Shown: one piece after another, positions 13,370 through 25,190 of the stretch
Numbering within the stretch: position 1 is the stretch's first letter
Layout of the letters: each line of letters begins with the position of its first letter
NCBI GenBank assembly: GCA_963702845.1
Contig: OY969763.1
Location: 64,001-128,000, forward strand
Reading direction: 5' to 3'
From: an uncultured Verrucomicrobiae bacterium
Lineage (GTDB): Bacteria > Verrucomicrobiota > Verrucomicrobiia > Limisphaerales > Palsa-1400
Length of the DNA stretch: 64,000 nt
Notes under the pieces: generated by a model
What the model was told of the DNA's origin: nothing
Databases searched by the model: none
Seen by the model: the letters and a program-made list of their open reading frames with translations, nothing else
Program-made: the position numbers and the translations under genes

Positions 13370-14204
13370 GTTAATGGTATTGTCACATCAAGGCTACTGC
13401 TTAAGTGGTTTATCTAATGCTGTTTGTGTCCTCAGTACGGGAATCAACTTTGCAAAACAGCGATGCCGACGTTCGTCGCGAACCCGCCATCTTTTGACTG
13501 CACACCGAATCTGCTTCTCGGTTGTCTCCGTTTCCTCCTGTAAAACATCTGTGTAAATCTGTGCTTATCCGTGGTTGAACTCTTCTCCCCTGCTTGACAA
13601 TACCGTAGCTTCACTACACACTATACAGAAGCAGCCGGTCGCTACCGGCATCCCCATAATTGGGGATCGTTCTTTGATATATGCGAGCCCGAGGTTCGGG
13701 TAGCCGCCGGATTGATGCGGATCAACTCAATGATGAGACATTTAGGAGAAACATTGGAGAAAACATTAACGTTAAAGAGTTTCTCATTTGTTTCTCCTAA
13801 GTGTCTCCATGTTTCTCAAAAGAGCCACAATGAGAAGGAATGAGCCACAATGAGCCACATTTTTGAATTTTTTTTTGGCGTCACACCGGCGAACGACCGT
13901 TTTACGCCCTTGCTGTCCGCTTAGTTGTTGAAAGAGAAAGGCTTGTGGAATTCGACCAATGGGGATGGAACTACAGTTTAGAACACCTGGATACAGCAAA
14001 ATACACCTAGATACACCTTTAGCAGAGTTTGGCGAAGGAGGTCGGGCCGGAAGGGGCGGACGCGAAACCAGCGGTGCATATCACCTTAAATCACTAAATA
14101 TCAGTAAATATCACCAAAGATTGTTTTAAAACCGAAGCAGCCGTGGTTGACGGGCGCATTCCATAATTGCGCAAACGCTCAATTCCACATAAATTTGAAC
14201 GTTT

Positions 14205-16022
14205 ATGGCTGAGCCGATTAACGAACCTGGAAAGAATAACGCGGAAGCACCGATGTCCGATTTCATTCGCGACATCGTGGCCGCGCACGTTGCGGAGAAA
14301 ACGTATCCGCAAATCCATACCCGGTTTCCGCCAGAGCCAAACGGTTATCTGCACATCGGCCACGCCAAATCGATTTGCTTGAATTTCGGCATCGCCCGCG
14401 AGTTTGGCGGCGTCTGCAATTTGCGCATGGACGACACCAATCCGACCAAGGAAGACGTCGAATATGTGGATTCCATCACGGCGGACGTGAAATGGCTCAT
14501 CAGCGGATGGGCGGACGATCAGTCTTGGGTTCAAGCCCAAGGGCAAAACGCCTGAAAAAATTTGTCCGAACGGCAAAGAAGATTATTACCTCGCGCCTGT
14601 CGTTCGTGAATCGATGGACGGTCTTGGAACCGTTTTATGCGTCAGACTATTTTCCGCAGATTTTCGACTATGCGGTGGCGATGATCAAAAAAGGCAAAGC
14701 CTACGTTTGCGACTTGTCACCTGAAGATACCGACAAATATCGTGGCTCACCCGATCATCCCGGCCAGGAAAGTCCGTTCCGCAATCGTTCTGTTGAAGAA
14801 AGTCTCGACCTTTTCACGCGAATGAAGGCCGGTGAATTCCCGAACGGCGCGCGCACGCTGAAGGCGAAGATCGACATGTCCTCGCCGAACATTTGGTTGC
14901 GTGACCCTGTTCTCTACCGCATTCGTCACACGGAGCACCATCATACCGGAAACGCATGGTGCATTTATCCGATGTATGATTTCGCCCATTGTTTGAGCGA
15001 CTATATCGAGGGCATCACGCACAGCATTTGCACGCTGGAGTTCGAAGTCCATCGTCCGCTTTACGATTGGATCCTGGAAAGCCTCGATTTGCCCCGCCCG
15101 TCAACCGCATCAATACGAATTCGCGCGCCTGAGCCTCACCTATACCGTGATGAGCAAGCGCAAGCTTTTGCAACTGGTGCAAGAAGGCCTTGTCACCGGC
15201 TGGGACGATCCGCGCATGCCAACAATCGCCGGATTTCGCCGTCGCGGTTACACGCCCGAAGCGCTGCGCAATTTCTGCCGCTCGATTGGCGTGACCAAAT
15301 ACAACGGCCTTACTGATGTCGCCGTCCTGGAACACGCGTTGCGCGAAGATTTAAACAAACGCGCCTCACGTGTGATGGGTGTGCTGCGCCCGATCAAAGT
15401 CGTTATCGAGAATTATCCCGAGGGCAAAGTCGAGGAACTCGACGCCGTCAATAATCCGGAAGACGCCACCGCCGGTTCGCGTAAAGTTCCGTTCTCGCGC
15501 GTTCTCTACATTGAGCGCGACGACTTCATGGAGAATCCGCCGAAGAAATTCTTCCGCCTGTCGCCCGGCAACGAAGTCCGGCTGCGCTACGCATATATTA
15601 TCAAGTGCAATGAAGTCATCAAAAACGCTGCCGGCGAAGTGACCGAATTGCGCTGCACGGCAGACCTGGACTCAAAACACGGCGGCGCAACTGCCGGTCG
15701 CAAAGTGAAGGCGACGATTCATTGGGTCTGCGCACAACATGCTGTCGACGCCGAAGTGCGCTTGTACGACCGTCTGTTCACGGTCGCAGAACCCGACGCT
15801 GGAGATGCCGATTTCAAAACATTTTTAAACCCGCATTCGTGCGATACGGTGACGGGCTGTAAGCTTGAACCAGGGTTGGCAAACGCGTCATCTGAGACGA
15901 AGTTTCAATTTGAACGGCTGGGTTATTTCCGCGTCGACTCGAAAGATTCAAAACCGGGCAAACTCGTGTTCAACAGAATCGTTTCATTACGCGACTCATG
16001 GGTCAAGGAACAAGGGAAATGA
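14205..16022 (+). CDS. glnS: Glutaminyl-tRNA synthetase (frameshifted)
   Basis: [66 protein letters not shown] motifs. Confidence 0.95.
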
Positions 16023-17182
16023 ACAATCAAAATCGGCGTGTGCGCAAGCGCCGCATCATCTGGCTCATCGCCAGCGTTGTGGTCATTGTGGGGGCAGTTT
16101 GCGGCTGTCAAAGTGTGAGTTTTTATCGCCAGGCGATTGGCGGCGAGTTGCATATTCTCACCCACCAAACGCCCATCAAAGAACTGCTCGCGGACACAAA
16201 CACGTCCGCGAGCTTAAAGCATAAATTTGAAGTGGTGCTGCAAGTCCGCCAGTTCGCACAAACGAACCTCCATCTTCCGGCTGACGACAGCTATCTCAAG
16301 TACGTTGACCTCCATCGTGAATTCGCAGTTTGGAACGTTAACGCGGCTCCGCCGCTGTCGCTCGAGCCGAAACGTTGGTGGTATCCGTTCGTCGGCAGTG
16401 CAAGCTATCGCGGCTATTTTGCCAAAGACGCGGCGACGAAATACGCGAACCAACTGAAGAAAAAAGGTTTCGAGGTTTACCTTGGCGCAGTCGAAACATA
16501 TTCGACGCTCGGCTGGTTCCACGACCCGGTCCTTAACACGTTCCTCGTTGAACCTGACGCTGATCTTGCCGAGATTTTGTTCCACGAGTTGGCCCACCGG
16601 CGCCTCTTCATCTCAGGCGATACTGACTTCAATGAAGCATTCGCCACCGCTGTCGGGGAAGAGGGTGTTCGCCGTTGGTTGCAACGAGATCCTGTCGTTT
16701 ATCAAAAGTTTCAGGTGGAGCGCGAACAGGAAGGTGATTTCATAAATCTCATTCTCGCGTCGCGCGATGAACTCGAAGCCGTTTACAACGACCCGCACCT
16801 GACCGACACGGTGAAGTTGCAGCGCAAAGCCCAAATCATTGCCGAGATGCGCAAAAAGCATGAACAATTAAAAGCGAAATGGGGCGGCAAGTCGTATTAT
16901 AACCGCTGGTTTTCCACGGAAATTAACAACGCCAAGCTCAACACCATCTCGGCTTACTACACTTTGGTGCCCGCCTTCCGCGCGTTGCTGCAGGCCAACG
17001 GCGGTGACATGGAGCGATTCTATAGTGCTGTGGAAAAACTTGGGAAAATGCCGAAACAACAACGCCACGAAGTGTTGAAGCAATCACTGCAAAAGACTGT
17101 TGGCAGCATCGACAACAGCGCTGACCTCGATGCTCTTCATGCACCGGAAGTCGATGGGGCACTCGCGGCGAAAGCACGGTGA
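16019..17182 (+). CDS. Secreted zinc aminopeptidase-like protein
   Basis: N-terminal TM/lipoprotein signal, YRGYF, YSTLGWF.DP, HELAH zinc motif, FNEAFAT. Confidence 0.85.
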   Translation: MNNQNRRVRKRRIIWLIASVVVIVGAVCGCQSVSFYRQAIGGELHILTHQTPIKELLADTNTSASLKHKFEVVLQVRQFAQTNLHLPADDSYLKYVDLHREFAVWNVNAAPPLSLEPKRWWYPFVGSASYRGYFAKDAATKYANQLKKKGFEVYLGAVETYSTLGWFHDPVLNTFLVEPDADLAEILFHELAHRRLFISGDTDFNEAFATAVGEEGVRRWLQRDPVVYQKFQVEREQEGDFINLILASRDELEAVYNDPHLTDTVKLQRKAQIIAEMRKKHEQLKAKWGGKSYYNRWFSTEINNAKLNTISAYYTLVPAFRALLQANGGDMERFYSAVEKLGKMPKQQRHEVLKQSLQKTVGSIDNSADLDALHAPEVDGALAAKAR

Positions 17183-18163
17183 GCAGCCCACGCTTGTCTG
17201 CACAATTTCTGCATTTCCAAAAATCGGCCCGGTGAGTTCTGAGGAGGTGCTTCCAAACGGGACGACGATCGGTGTGCCGACTGCATTGGCTAAATGCATC
17301 GGGCCAGTGTCATTGGTCAAAACGAGACGGGAGGTTTTTAAGAGAGCTGCCAGTTCTCGCAATGATGTTTGGCCCGCGACGTTGATTGGTTTTTTGTCGG
17401 GTGCGAACATCGCGATTTGTTCAGCAATCCAATCGCATATTTCTCGATCAGCCGCTCCGCCAAAAATCATCCAGCGGCCTTGATGCTTCACCTGTAGCTT
17501 CGCCGTGACTGCCGCGAAGCGATCCTTCAGCCAACGTTTGGCGGGACCGTATTCAGCGCCGGGATTTAGGCCGAACAACACCTCGTCTTTGCTGAGGTTG
17601 AGTTTTGCTCGCGCGGTGGCCACTTCAGTTTCGGTTACGACGATTTTGGGTGCCAGGGGTTCTGGTGACGCACCCACAGCAGCGACGATTCCGAGATAGT
17701 CGTAAATGTGATGCGCGCGTTTCGGCGGATCGAATTTCCTTGTGGAGTCGGCGTCGCGCTTGATTTCGGAGTCCGACTTCTTGTGCATCTGCACTGCGTC
17801 CGCACGGCGTGGAATAACTTTATTCAACAGCAGGTTTCGGAATCCAGCCGAGTACCCGACACGCCGTCGAATTCCGGCGAGGCGAAGCTCTAAACCGGAA
17901 CGAATCGAATTCGGGAATGCGATGCCGAGGTCAAATTTTTCAGCCCGCAATCGTTTTGCGATAGTCATCACGCTTTCATCCGGCGTGAAACTCATCACAG
18001 CGTTCGCGTAGGGTTGTTCCTTCCATAGCTCTGCAAGTTTGGCGTGCGACAACAGCGTGATGTGAGCGTCCGGTTTGGCTTCACGCAAACGGAGCAGGGC
18101 AGGGGTGCTCATGACGGCATCGCCGAGCCAGTTAACGCAACGGACGAGGATGCGTTCGTTCAT
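17084..18163 (-). CDS. waaF: Lipopolysaccharide heptosyltransferase II (GT9)
   Basis: [43 protein letters not shown]. Confidence 0.9.
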   Translation of the reverse strand: MNERILVRCVNWLGDAVMSTPALLRLREAKPDAHITLLSHAKLAELWKEQPYANAVMSFTPDESVMTIAKRLRAEKFDLGIAFPNSIRSGLELRLAGIRRRVGYSAGFRNLLLNKVIPRRADAVQMHKKSDSEIKRDADSTRKFDPPKRAHHIYDYLGIVAAVGASPEPLAPKIVVTETEVATARAKLNLSKDEVLFGLNPGAEYGPAKRWLKDRFAAVTAKLQVKHQGRWMIFGGAADREICDWIAEQIAMFAPDKKPINVAGQTSLRELAALLKTSRLVLTNDTGPMHLANAVGTPIVVPFGSTSSELTGPIFGNAEIVQTSVGCSPCFRRECPIDFRCMKSIEVSAVVDAANSLLQ

Positions 18164-19332
18164 CGGAAGCAAATTTTGCGGACGCAATCCTGAAAGTCTT
18201 CCGCGCCGTTAAGGATTTTGATCTCAACGCGCATGAAAAGAATCGGGATGTCGCGCCGATCGATTTTAGGGAAACGCACAGCATCTTTTTGCGTCGTGAG
18301 GATTGCGTCAGCCTGGCGCTTTTTGCTGCGGTTGATGACGTTGAGGATTTCCTGCTGTGTGAATCGATGGTGATCGGCGAATCGTTTGGAATAAACCAAC
18401 TCCGCGCCACCTTTAACGAGGCTTTGCTCAAAACTTTCCGGCTGCGCAATGCCGCTCAGGGACGCAATGCGCTTCCCTTTGACGTATTCCAACCCATGCC
18501 TTTCGCCGGTGAAGACATCTTCGAAATAGAGCGGGTGATGGACGCACTCGATGATCCCGGCAGTTGAATTGTAGTGGGCGATTCGTTTGCGCAGCTCAGC
18601 GGTGTTGCCATCGCTCTTGGTGATGAAGATCGTCGTGGCGCGGGCAAGATGCGACACCGGCTCGCGCAATGTGCCGCGCGGGAGAAGGTGCTCGTTACCG
18701 AACGGTTGCTGGCAATCGATGAGCACAACGTCATGACGTCGGCCGGCCAGCTTCCAATATTGGAAACCGTCGTCGAGCAAGAGCGTGTCACAACCAAAAT
18801 GCTCGATGGCGTATCGGCCGCTCTTCACGCGGTTTTTATCGACGAGCACGACGACGTCTTTCAAGTTCGAAGCCAGCATGTATGGCTCGTCGCCAGCGGT
18901 TTCAGAATCAAGCAGCAACGATTTGCCATCGGAAACGATTCGAGGCGGCGTGCTGTCACCCCGAAACAGCAGCGTGTTCCACATACGTTTTGGCAGGGGC
19001 GGTGGTTTAGAACGATAACCGCGCGAGAGAATGGCAACCGTGCGGCCCTGATTTTTCAGTTCGCGCGCAAATTTTTCCACGACGGGAGTTTTGCCCGTGC
19101 CGCCGACGGTGACGTTCCCGATCGCGATAACCTGGATGCCGAGAGTCGAGTCGCGAAGCAGCCGCATGTCATAAAGGAAGCGGCGCAGTTTGATGATGCC
19201 GGTGTATCCCTTCGAAAGGACGTGAAGACATGCGCGAATTACCGCAGCTTTTTTATCCCGCCGTTGCTCGAAGATAACTTCGAGCACGATCGTTTCGATC
19301 GCTTCTGCCCACGCTCGCAACGTTTCGCGCAT
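18160..19332 (-). CDS. lpxK: Tetraacyldisaccharide 4'-kinase
   Basis: [50 protein letters not shown]. Confidence 0.95.
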   Translation of the reverse strand: MRETLRAWAEAIETIVLEVIFEQRRDKKAAVIRACLHVLSKGYTGIIKLRRFLYDMRLLRDSTLGIQVIAIGNVTVGGTGKTPVVEKFARELKNQGRTVAILSRGYRSKPPPLPKRMWNTLLFRGDSTPPRIVSDGKSLLLDSETAGDEPYMLASNLKDVVVLVDKNRVKSGRYAIEHFGCDTLLLDDGFQYWKLAGRRHDVVLIDCQQPFGNEHLLPRGTLREPVSHLARATTIFITKSDGNTAELRKRIAHYNSTAGIIECVHHPLYFEDVFTGERHGLEYVKGKRIASLSGIAQPESFEQSLVKGGAELVYSKRFADHHRFTQQEILNVINRSKKRQADAILTTQKDAVRFPKIDRRDIPILFMRVEIKILNGAEDFQDCVRKICFR

Positions 19333-19354
19333 TTAAAAAATTACCGCGCTAGCG

Positions 19355-19924
19355 TCAGCGTCCCCACTCGGGATTCTCGATGAAGGCGTAGCAAAGCATG
19401 TGGCAAATGCCCATCTGCGCGTCTTCGACGCGGCCGTAGTGAGTGTCTTCGATCGCGATGACGTGGTCGGCAATTTTCGCCATGCAACCGCGTTTGCCGC
19501 CAACCAGCGCAATTGTTTCCAAATCGTTTTTCTTCGCCCATTCGAGGGCTTTGACGACGTTCGGCGAATCGCCGCTGACACTGATTGCGAGAACGACATC
19601 ACCTTTCCTGCCGAAATTTTCCAACTGCCGCAGGTAAACGTCGTCGTAGTGGTAATCGTTGCCGATTGCCGTCATCCAACTGACGTTGTCGTTCAGTGAA
19701 ATACAGCGGAAACGTTTGCCGACTTTGTCAGAAGCGCCTTTGCCGAGGTCGGTGACAAAGTGGGATGCGTTGGAGGCGCTTCCGCCGTTGCCGAAGACGA
19801 AAATATGGCGGTCATCTTTGAGCGCCGCTTTCAAGCGGTCGATGAGCTTCGCAACTGCGTCGACAGGAATAGAGTCGAGTGCAGCCTTTTGTGCCTTGAT
19901 GTAATCGGAAATCCACTGATTCAT
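19355..19924 (-). CDS. gmhA: SIS-domain phosphoheptose isomerase
   Basis: GNGGSASNASH, TAIGND, ISVSGDSPN; located in an LPS-core operon. Confidence 0.8.
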   Translation of the reverse strand: MNQWISDYIKAQKAALDSIPVDAVAKLIDRLKAALKDDRHIFVFGNGGSASNASHFVTDLGKGASDKVGKRFRCISLNDNVSWMTAIGNDYHYDDVYLRQLENFGRKGDVVLAISVSGDSPNVVKALEWAKKNDLETIALVGGKRGCMAKIADHVIAIEDTHYGRVEDAQMGICHMLCYAFIENPEWGR

Positions 19925-19936
19925 GGGGCGACTAGT

Positions 19937-20824
19937 CTAGGGAACTTCTAGAGACGCGGCAAGCGCCAACGCCCCAATTGGAACAGCATCTTCTTGCAAA
20001 GTGGTCAGCGCAATTTTCGGCCCGGGCGCGAACGCATGCATTGTATATTTACCGAGCGCTGCCTCGACTCCGCACCGCAAGGCTTCGCCAACGAGCGAGA
20101 GACCGCCCCCGAGCACGATAATTTCCGGGTGAAAGAGATGAACAACGTGCGACAGGCCAAAAGCGAGATCGTCGGCTGTTTCACTCAGAATTGTTTGTGC
20201 GGTGATATCACCGTTTTCGAGGAGTGTTTTCAAAAGCTTCGCTTCACCGCCATTGGTTCCGGCGATTTTTGCCTCACGAAGCTTTCGATCAACCGCCCAA
20301 CCCGAGCAGCGCGATTCGACCGTCGTTCCTGATTTATCCAGACGCACATGACCGATCTCGGATTCTCCGGGCTTTGCTCCATGATAAATTTTTTTGTCCA
20401 CAACCAAACCGCCACCGACTCCGCTCCCGAGAGTGACATAAAAAACGGCCTGGTGATTTCGCTCGGCACCATGCAACGCTTCGCCCAGCGCTGCGACATT
20501 CGCATCGTTATCGACACGAACGGGTAAGTCGCTTATCTCGTGCAACCAATTCTGCAATGGAAATTCAGACCACCCTTCAATCTGGTGCGAACAACAGATG
20601 TGGCCTGTACTCCAATCAACCGGGCCACCAAAGCCGACTCCGATCGCGTCAGTCTTCGCTTTCAGGAACTCAGGAAGTGCTCGTTCTATCTGCTGCCTGA
20701 TGCCCTCGCCTCCTGCGGTTGGTTCAACGGCAAAACGACGTCGTTCGGAAATGGTTCCGTACTCGTCGCCGGCAACAACTTGCAATTTCGTGCCGCCGAT
20801 CTCTATGCCGATAAAACGACGCAT
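19937..20824 (-). CDS. ROK family sugar kinase
   Basis: GIEIGGTK, DNDANVAALGEA, TLGSGVGGG, EIGH motifs. Confidence 0.9.
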   Translation of the reverse strand: MRRFIGIEIGGTKLQVVAGDEYGTISERRRFAVEPTAGGEGIRQQIERALPEFLKAKTDAIGVGFGGPVDWSTGHICCSHQIEGWSEFPLQNWLHEISDLPVRVDNDANVAALGEALHGAERNHQAVFYVTLGSGVGGGLVVDKKIYHGAKPGESEIGHVRLDKSGTTVESRCSGWAVDRKLREAKIAGTNGGEAKLLKTLLENGDITAQTILSETADDLAFGLSHVVHLFHPEIIVLGGGLSLVGEALRCGVEAALGKYTMHAFAPGPKIALTTLQEDAVPIGALALAASLEVP

Positions 20825-21020
20825 CTTTGGATTTTACAGTGGCATGGATCTAACGTGAAGTAATTGAAATTTTGAGAGCGGTCCAACATTTCTCTTGTCG
20901 TCCCGGACTTTCTTTGACACAACCCTGCGAGATATTGCCGAGGAGTGCCCGCCATTTTAACAGTCGCAGGCACGGGCTCTTTGGCTATAATGACAACGTG
21001 CAATCGGAAAACCAATAGCC

Positions 21021-22283
21021 ATGCCGTCTCCAGCTTCGGAAACAACGCCTAACCAACCAGCACCGTCAATACCGGCGAAGGTCAAGCCCAACCTGTTGGT
21101 CGTGGACGACGAAGAGGGGCCGCGCCAATCCTTGCGCGTTGTTTTCATGAACGATTACAACGTGCTGTTGGCCAACGACGGCATGCGCGCGCTCGAACTC
21201 GCGAAAGAAAATAAAATCAACGTCGCCGTAGTCGACCTTCGCATGCAGCACATGGACGGCATCGAGGTGATGGAGAAACTGAAGGCTGTTCAGCCGACGA
21301 TCGAGATCATCATGCTCACCGCCTATGAGACGATCGACACCATTCGCCAGGCGCTACGGTTGGGCGCTTGCGATTATTTGAACAAGCCCTTCGACATCGC
21401 CGCCATGCGCAAAGCGATCGCAAAGGCCAATGATCGTCACATCGTTGCGGAGCAGATTCGCGGGAATAACGACAGGTTGTCGCAGCTTCAATCCGAGTTG
21501 CACAATCAACGTTTGCAGGAAGAGGTCATGAAAGTGCGCGGCGAGATTTACGGGAGCATTTTGCACGATATCAATGGCCCGCTCACCATCATTTCTGGTT
21601 ACATTCAGCTCATCAACGTCAAGATCGGCGACGCGCAGCATCTTGAGGGTGAAGACCTCCAGGTCATCAAAGAGCGGTTGAACAAGATTACGCAACAGGT
21701 CGGCAACAGTATCGAAATTTCGCAGCGTTACTTGAGTTTCATTCGCCAGGAAGCCAGCCCGGCCAGTCGTGTCAGTGTCAATCAGGTGCTAAAAGACCTC
21801 GGCGAGTTGCTCGACGTGCATCCCGGCAAAGGCGACCATACGTTCAAGGTGCAACCTGTTGCCGAAGACATCGAACTGCAGATGAACGGCACGGACCTAA
21901 TTCAGATTCTGCTCAATCTCGCAATCAACGCGTTTCAAGCATCCCCAAAACCGCACACTGTCGAGGTGATAGGTAACATTTTGGATGGATCGCAGAATTT
22001 TTCTGCAGTCAATGACGGACCGAACGATCGCTTCTTGGAAGAGGATTTTAACGCCAACGCCAGGCTTTTGGCATTGACCGTTCGCGACAACGGCCCAGGC
22101 ATTCCTGCGGACGTGATCAGTAAAGTGTTCCAACCCTATTTCACGACCAAGCCGCTTGGGAAGGGGACTGGCCTGGGGCTTTCAATCGTGCAGCGTCTAT
22201 TGAAAGAGGCTAAAGGCGCTCTGCACCTGCACACGAAAGTTGGTGAGGGTACCACCTTCACGCTATATTTGCCGATTGCTTGA
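21021..22283 (+). CDS. Hybrid response regulator/histidine kinase
   Basis: N-terminal REC (LVVDDE..DLRM..DG), H-box ILHDINGPL, HATPase (NLAINA, DNGPGI, FTTK, GTGLGL). Confidence 0.9.
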   Translation: MPSPASETTPNQPAPSIPAKVKPNLLVVDDEEGPRQSLRVVFMNDYNVLLANDGMRALELAKENKINVAVVDLRMQHMDGIEVMEKLKAVQPTIEIIMLTAYETIDTIRQALRLGACDYLNKPFDIAAMRKAIAKANDRHIVAEQIRGNNDRLSQLQSELHNQRLQEEVMKVRGEIYGSILHDINGPLTIISGYIQLINVKIGDAQHLEGEDLQVIKERLNKITQQVGNSIEISQRYLSFIRQEASPASRVSVNQVLKDLGELLDVHPGKGDHTFKVQPVAEDIELQMNGTDLIQILLNLAINAFQASPKPHTVEVIGNILDGSQNFSAVNDGPNDRFLEEDFNANARLLALTVRDNGPGIPADVISKVFQPYFTTKPLGKGTGLGLSIVQRLLKEAKGALHLHTKVGEGTTFTLYLPIA

Positions 22284-22772
22284 TTACTCAACGGGTTGCA
22301 GTTCATGCGGCGGAATTGCTTCAACCGCAGCGGCGAATTGGTCGACGTGGATCCAATCGCGAAGCTTTTTCATTAAATCGATCAATTCGAGCAGATCCGC
22401 TGGTTTGACGAGAAACGCATTCGCGCCGAGATCAAACGAAGTCTCCACATCTTCTTTGCGCATAGAAGCGCTTAGAATTATCACGCACAGGCGATGAAAG
22501 CCGGGATTATCCCGCACCCACCGCAGCACTTCAAAGCCGCTCACCCCCGGCATGTTCAAGTCGAGTAGCAATACTGTTGGTATCGGGTGCTGCTCGCGGT
22601 CGCTAAACTCGCCCTCGCCGCACAAATATGCGATCGCCTGCTCACCTCCCGTGACTGTCTGATACGGCAAATCAAATTCCGCCTTCTTGAATGCGCGGCG
22701 CATCAAGAGAAGGTCGTTTTCGCTGTCGTCGACAATAAGAACAGCTGGCCCCAAGTTCATCCCTTCGGTCAC
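22284..22772 (-). CDS. Single-domain response regulator (Rcp1-like)
   Basis: LIVDDSEND, LLDLNMPGVSGFEVL, GANAFLVKP. Confidence 0.9.
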   Translation of the reverse strand: MTEGMNLGPAVLIVDDSENDLLLMRRAFKKAEFDLPYQTVTGGEQAIAYLCGEGEFSDREQHPIPTVLLLDLNMPGVSGFEVLRWVRDNPGFHRLCVIILSASMRKEDVETSFDLGANAFLVKPADLLELIDLMKKLRDWIHVDQFAAAVEAIPPHELQPVE

Positions 22773-22961
22773 GTTCGCTCACGTTGCAGTCCCTGCCAAC
22801 GCGGCAACCGGTGTTTTTCTCCGTGATGGAATTGATGAGTGATCATTCACGCACGTGCCTAGATTGCCTCTACGGCTTTAATTGACAATCCTCACCCCGG
22901 TTTCTAAACTCGCCGAATCTCGCCAGACATGCAGCTTGGCCTGACCCCTGATCCCAAACAT

Positions 22962-25190
22962 ATGAAAAAGCTTTGCCTTGGTGCTATCGCCGCCATCGTG
23001 CTGAACGTTTCTGCCTTCGCCACAGTTCAATTCAGTTCTGTTACGACCTATAGCCAGGAACAACCACTATCAACGACTTTCAGTCTCGGCCTCGTCACGC
23101 ATATTCAGGGCAACTTGCCGATGACTATCGACGTCGCCAATGTCAACGAGGCGACGTCATTTCGTATCAATGGAAATGCGATGTGGCAGGGCAACAACTT
23201 TCAGGTGCTGCTCGGTCAGGACCCCGCCTACAAGCCCGGTGCAACGAAAGCAAAGATCACTGTGCCCAGCGGTTCCGTGCAACTGAGTTGGACGGCGACG
23301 AACCTGACCTTCAGCGGGGTGCTCGTCGACAATTACTCTGCCCCTTCATTCCCGGGATTTCCGCTGATAACGCCAATCCCGTTGGATATCGCAGGTTCGT
23401 TCACGACCAACAGCAGCATCTCGGTTCACTTCCAGTATTACGATTATACGCACGTCGCGACAATCGTCGGAACCAACAAACTGGTGACCTACGCGACGAC
23501 CGGTCTTGTCTTCCCGGGATTGCCTCCGACCACGACATCCGTGACGGTGAATACTGGACAATTTCGCATCGGTGCGGACCTGCAACCGCCGATTATCAAA
23601 TTTAACTCCCCGGCGCAAAATACAGTCATCACCTCCAGCGATGTGAACATCAATGTGACGGTGTCGGACAATGTTGCTCTTGGATCAGGCCCAAGCTGGC
23701 TCGGTGGCGGTGCAGTATTGAGTTTTACGATTAATGGGTTGGCCACCTATGGTGACCCTGACACATCGCCTGGCGGCCCCACGACTCACGCGATTAACTT
23801 CAACAGTCTCTTAAATCCGGGAACGAACGTGATCACGTTTATTGCTGCTGATTCCTCGGGCAACCTGGGCACCAACACCATGGTTCTGTTCTTTTCCGAA
23901 AAATCGCCGATTACGTTGGCCACAGTGGGTGTCGGTTCGATCACAGGTGTGACCAACGGCCAGCAGTTATACACCGGGCGCAATTACACGGTGGTTGCGA
24001 AACCAGGCACGGGCAAAGTTTTTGCCGGTTGGACCGATGACACCGACACGTTGGTTTCGCTCAGTGCCACTTACACCTTCTCCATGCGACCGGGCTTAAC
24101 TCTCACCGGATCATTCGTTGATACACCTTTCGCGTCGGTTGCCGGTTCCTACTTCGGCTACTTTCAGGCACACGGATTTACGGCGACGCCGGGAACCATC
24201 GGTGGCGTGAAGTTAACCGTTACCTCGTCTGGGACGTTCAGTGGAACGCTCACGAGCGGGGCCGGTTCGGGGGCATTCACGGGGACGTTTGATTATTACA
24301 CCAATGGCATTCAGCAGGGGCAGGCGTCAGTTGTCACACCGTCATCAACCAACCGCGTCGATTTGCAAATTGTCACTGATCCAAACCAAGACAATTACGG
24401 TGTCGTGCAAGGGCAGGTTTTGTTCGGCAATACCATCGGAGTTAAAACCATTAGGCCAAACAGCCTGGGCTACTATGCAGATTTGAATGCGGGGCGTGCG
24501 ACCAATGCGTCGGTTTTACCCGGCGGCGCTGGCACATACCACTTCTTGGTCAACACCGCGACGAACGACGTTAATTTCCCCAGCGGGTATGGGTTCGGCA
24601 CGGTAACGGTCGCAGCAAACGGAACTGTGACTGGCTCGATTACTCTGCCAGACGGCGACGCGCCGATGGCCACATTCTCGTCGCAACTGGTTTACACTGG
24701 TTACCTACCGGTGTTTGTGCCGCTCTATAATAAAGGCGGCGGCTTTGTCATGGGCGCAAACCTTGGGCTCGTGCAGACCAATGGAGATTCGATCAACGTT
24801 GCCACCGCAGTATGGGTAAAGGCTGCAGGAAAGAAGTTTTATCCCAACGGATTCGTTACAAGCCCTGACGTATTTGCGGCACGGTTTATCAGTACGCCAA
24901 AAAACGTGCCTTTTGGTTATGATGAAGTATTTTCACCAGAAGTGAATTTCAGTACGTCGTTGGGCATGACGAACGGTGTGTTCGGCGAAAATGCGGGAGA
25001 CATAACGCACGTTAAAGGAACGATCGGGGTTTCCGGCGTGATCGCTGGCACTTTCCTCGATGCCGGGATTTCGCGATCATTCAAAGCGCTGGTGGTGCCG
25101 ACTTCATCCACTGGCTTGGACGGTTACGGGTTTTTCGTTCGGTCAAATCAAACCGGAGCCATTCACCTCGGCTTCTCTTCGGTGCCTTAA
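22962..25190 (+). CDS. Secreted beta-rich hypothetical protein with Ig-like and InlB-B-repeat-like segments
   Basis: Signal peptide MKKLCLGA..AFA, Thr/Gly-rich; LNPGTNVITFIAADSSGN and AKPGTGKVFAGW...YTFSM segments. Confidence 0.7.
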   Translation: MKKLCLGAIAAIVLNVSAFATVQFSSVTTYSQEQPLSTTFSLGLVTHIQGNLPMTIDVANVNEATSFRINGNAMWQGNNFQVLLGQDPAYKPGATKAKITVPSGSVQLSWTATNLTFSGVLVDNYSAPSFPGFPLITPIPLDIAGSFTTNSSISVHFQYYDYTHVATIVGTNKLVTYATTGLVFPGLPPTTTSVTVNTGQFRIGADLQPPIIKFNSPAQNTVITSSDVNINVTVSDNVALGSGPSWLGGGAVLSFTINGLATYGDPDTSPGGPTTHAINFNSLLNPGTNVITFIAADSSGNLGTNTMVLFFSEKSPITLATVGVGSITGVTNGQQLYTGRNYTVVAKPGTGKVFAGWTDDTDTLVSLSATYTFSMRPGLTLTGSFVDTPFASVAGSYFGYFQAHGFTATPGTIGGVKLTVTSSGTFSGTLTSGAGSGAFTGTFDYYTNGIQQGQASVVTPSSTNRVDLQIVTDPNQDNYGVVQGQVLFGNTIGVKTIRPNSLGYYADLNAGRATNASVLPGGAGTYHFLVNTATNDVNFPSGYGFGTVTVAANGTVTGSITLPDGDAPMATFSSQLVYTGYLPVFVPLYNKGGGFVMGANLGLVQTNGDSINVATAVWVKAAGKKFYPNGFVTSPDVFAARFISTPKNVPFGYDEVFSPEVNFSTSLGMTNGVFGENAGDITHVKGTIGVSGVIAGTFLDAGISRSFKALVVPTSSTGLDGYGFFVRSNQTGAIHLGFSSVP

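Noticed and set aside
17084..17182. 99-bp convergent overlap of aminopeptidase and waaF
   Set aside because: Probably a non-conserved C-terminal extension or an indel near the stop; no evidence of function.
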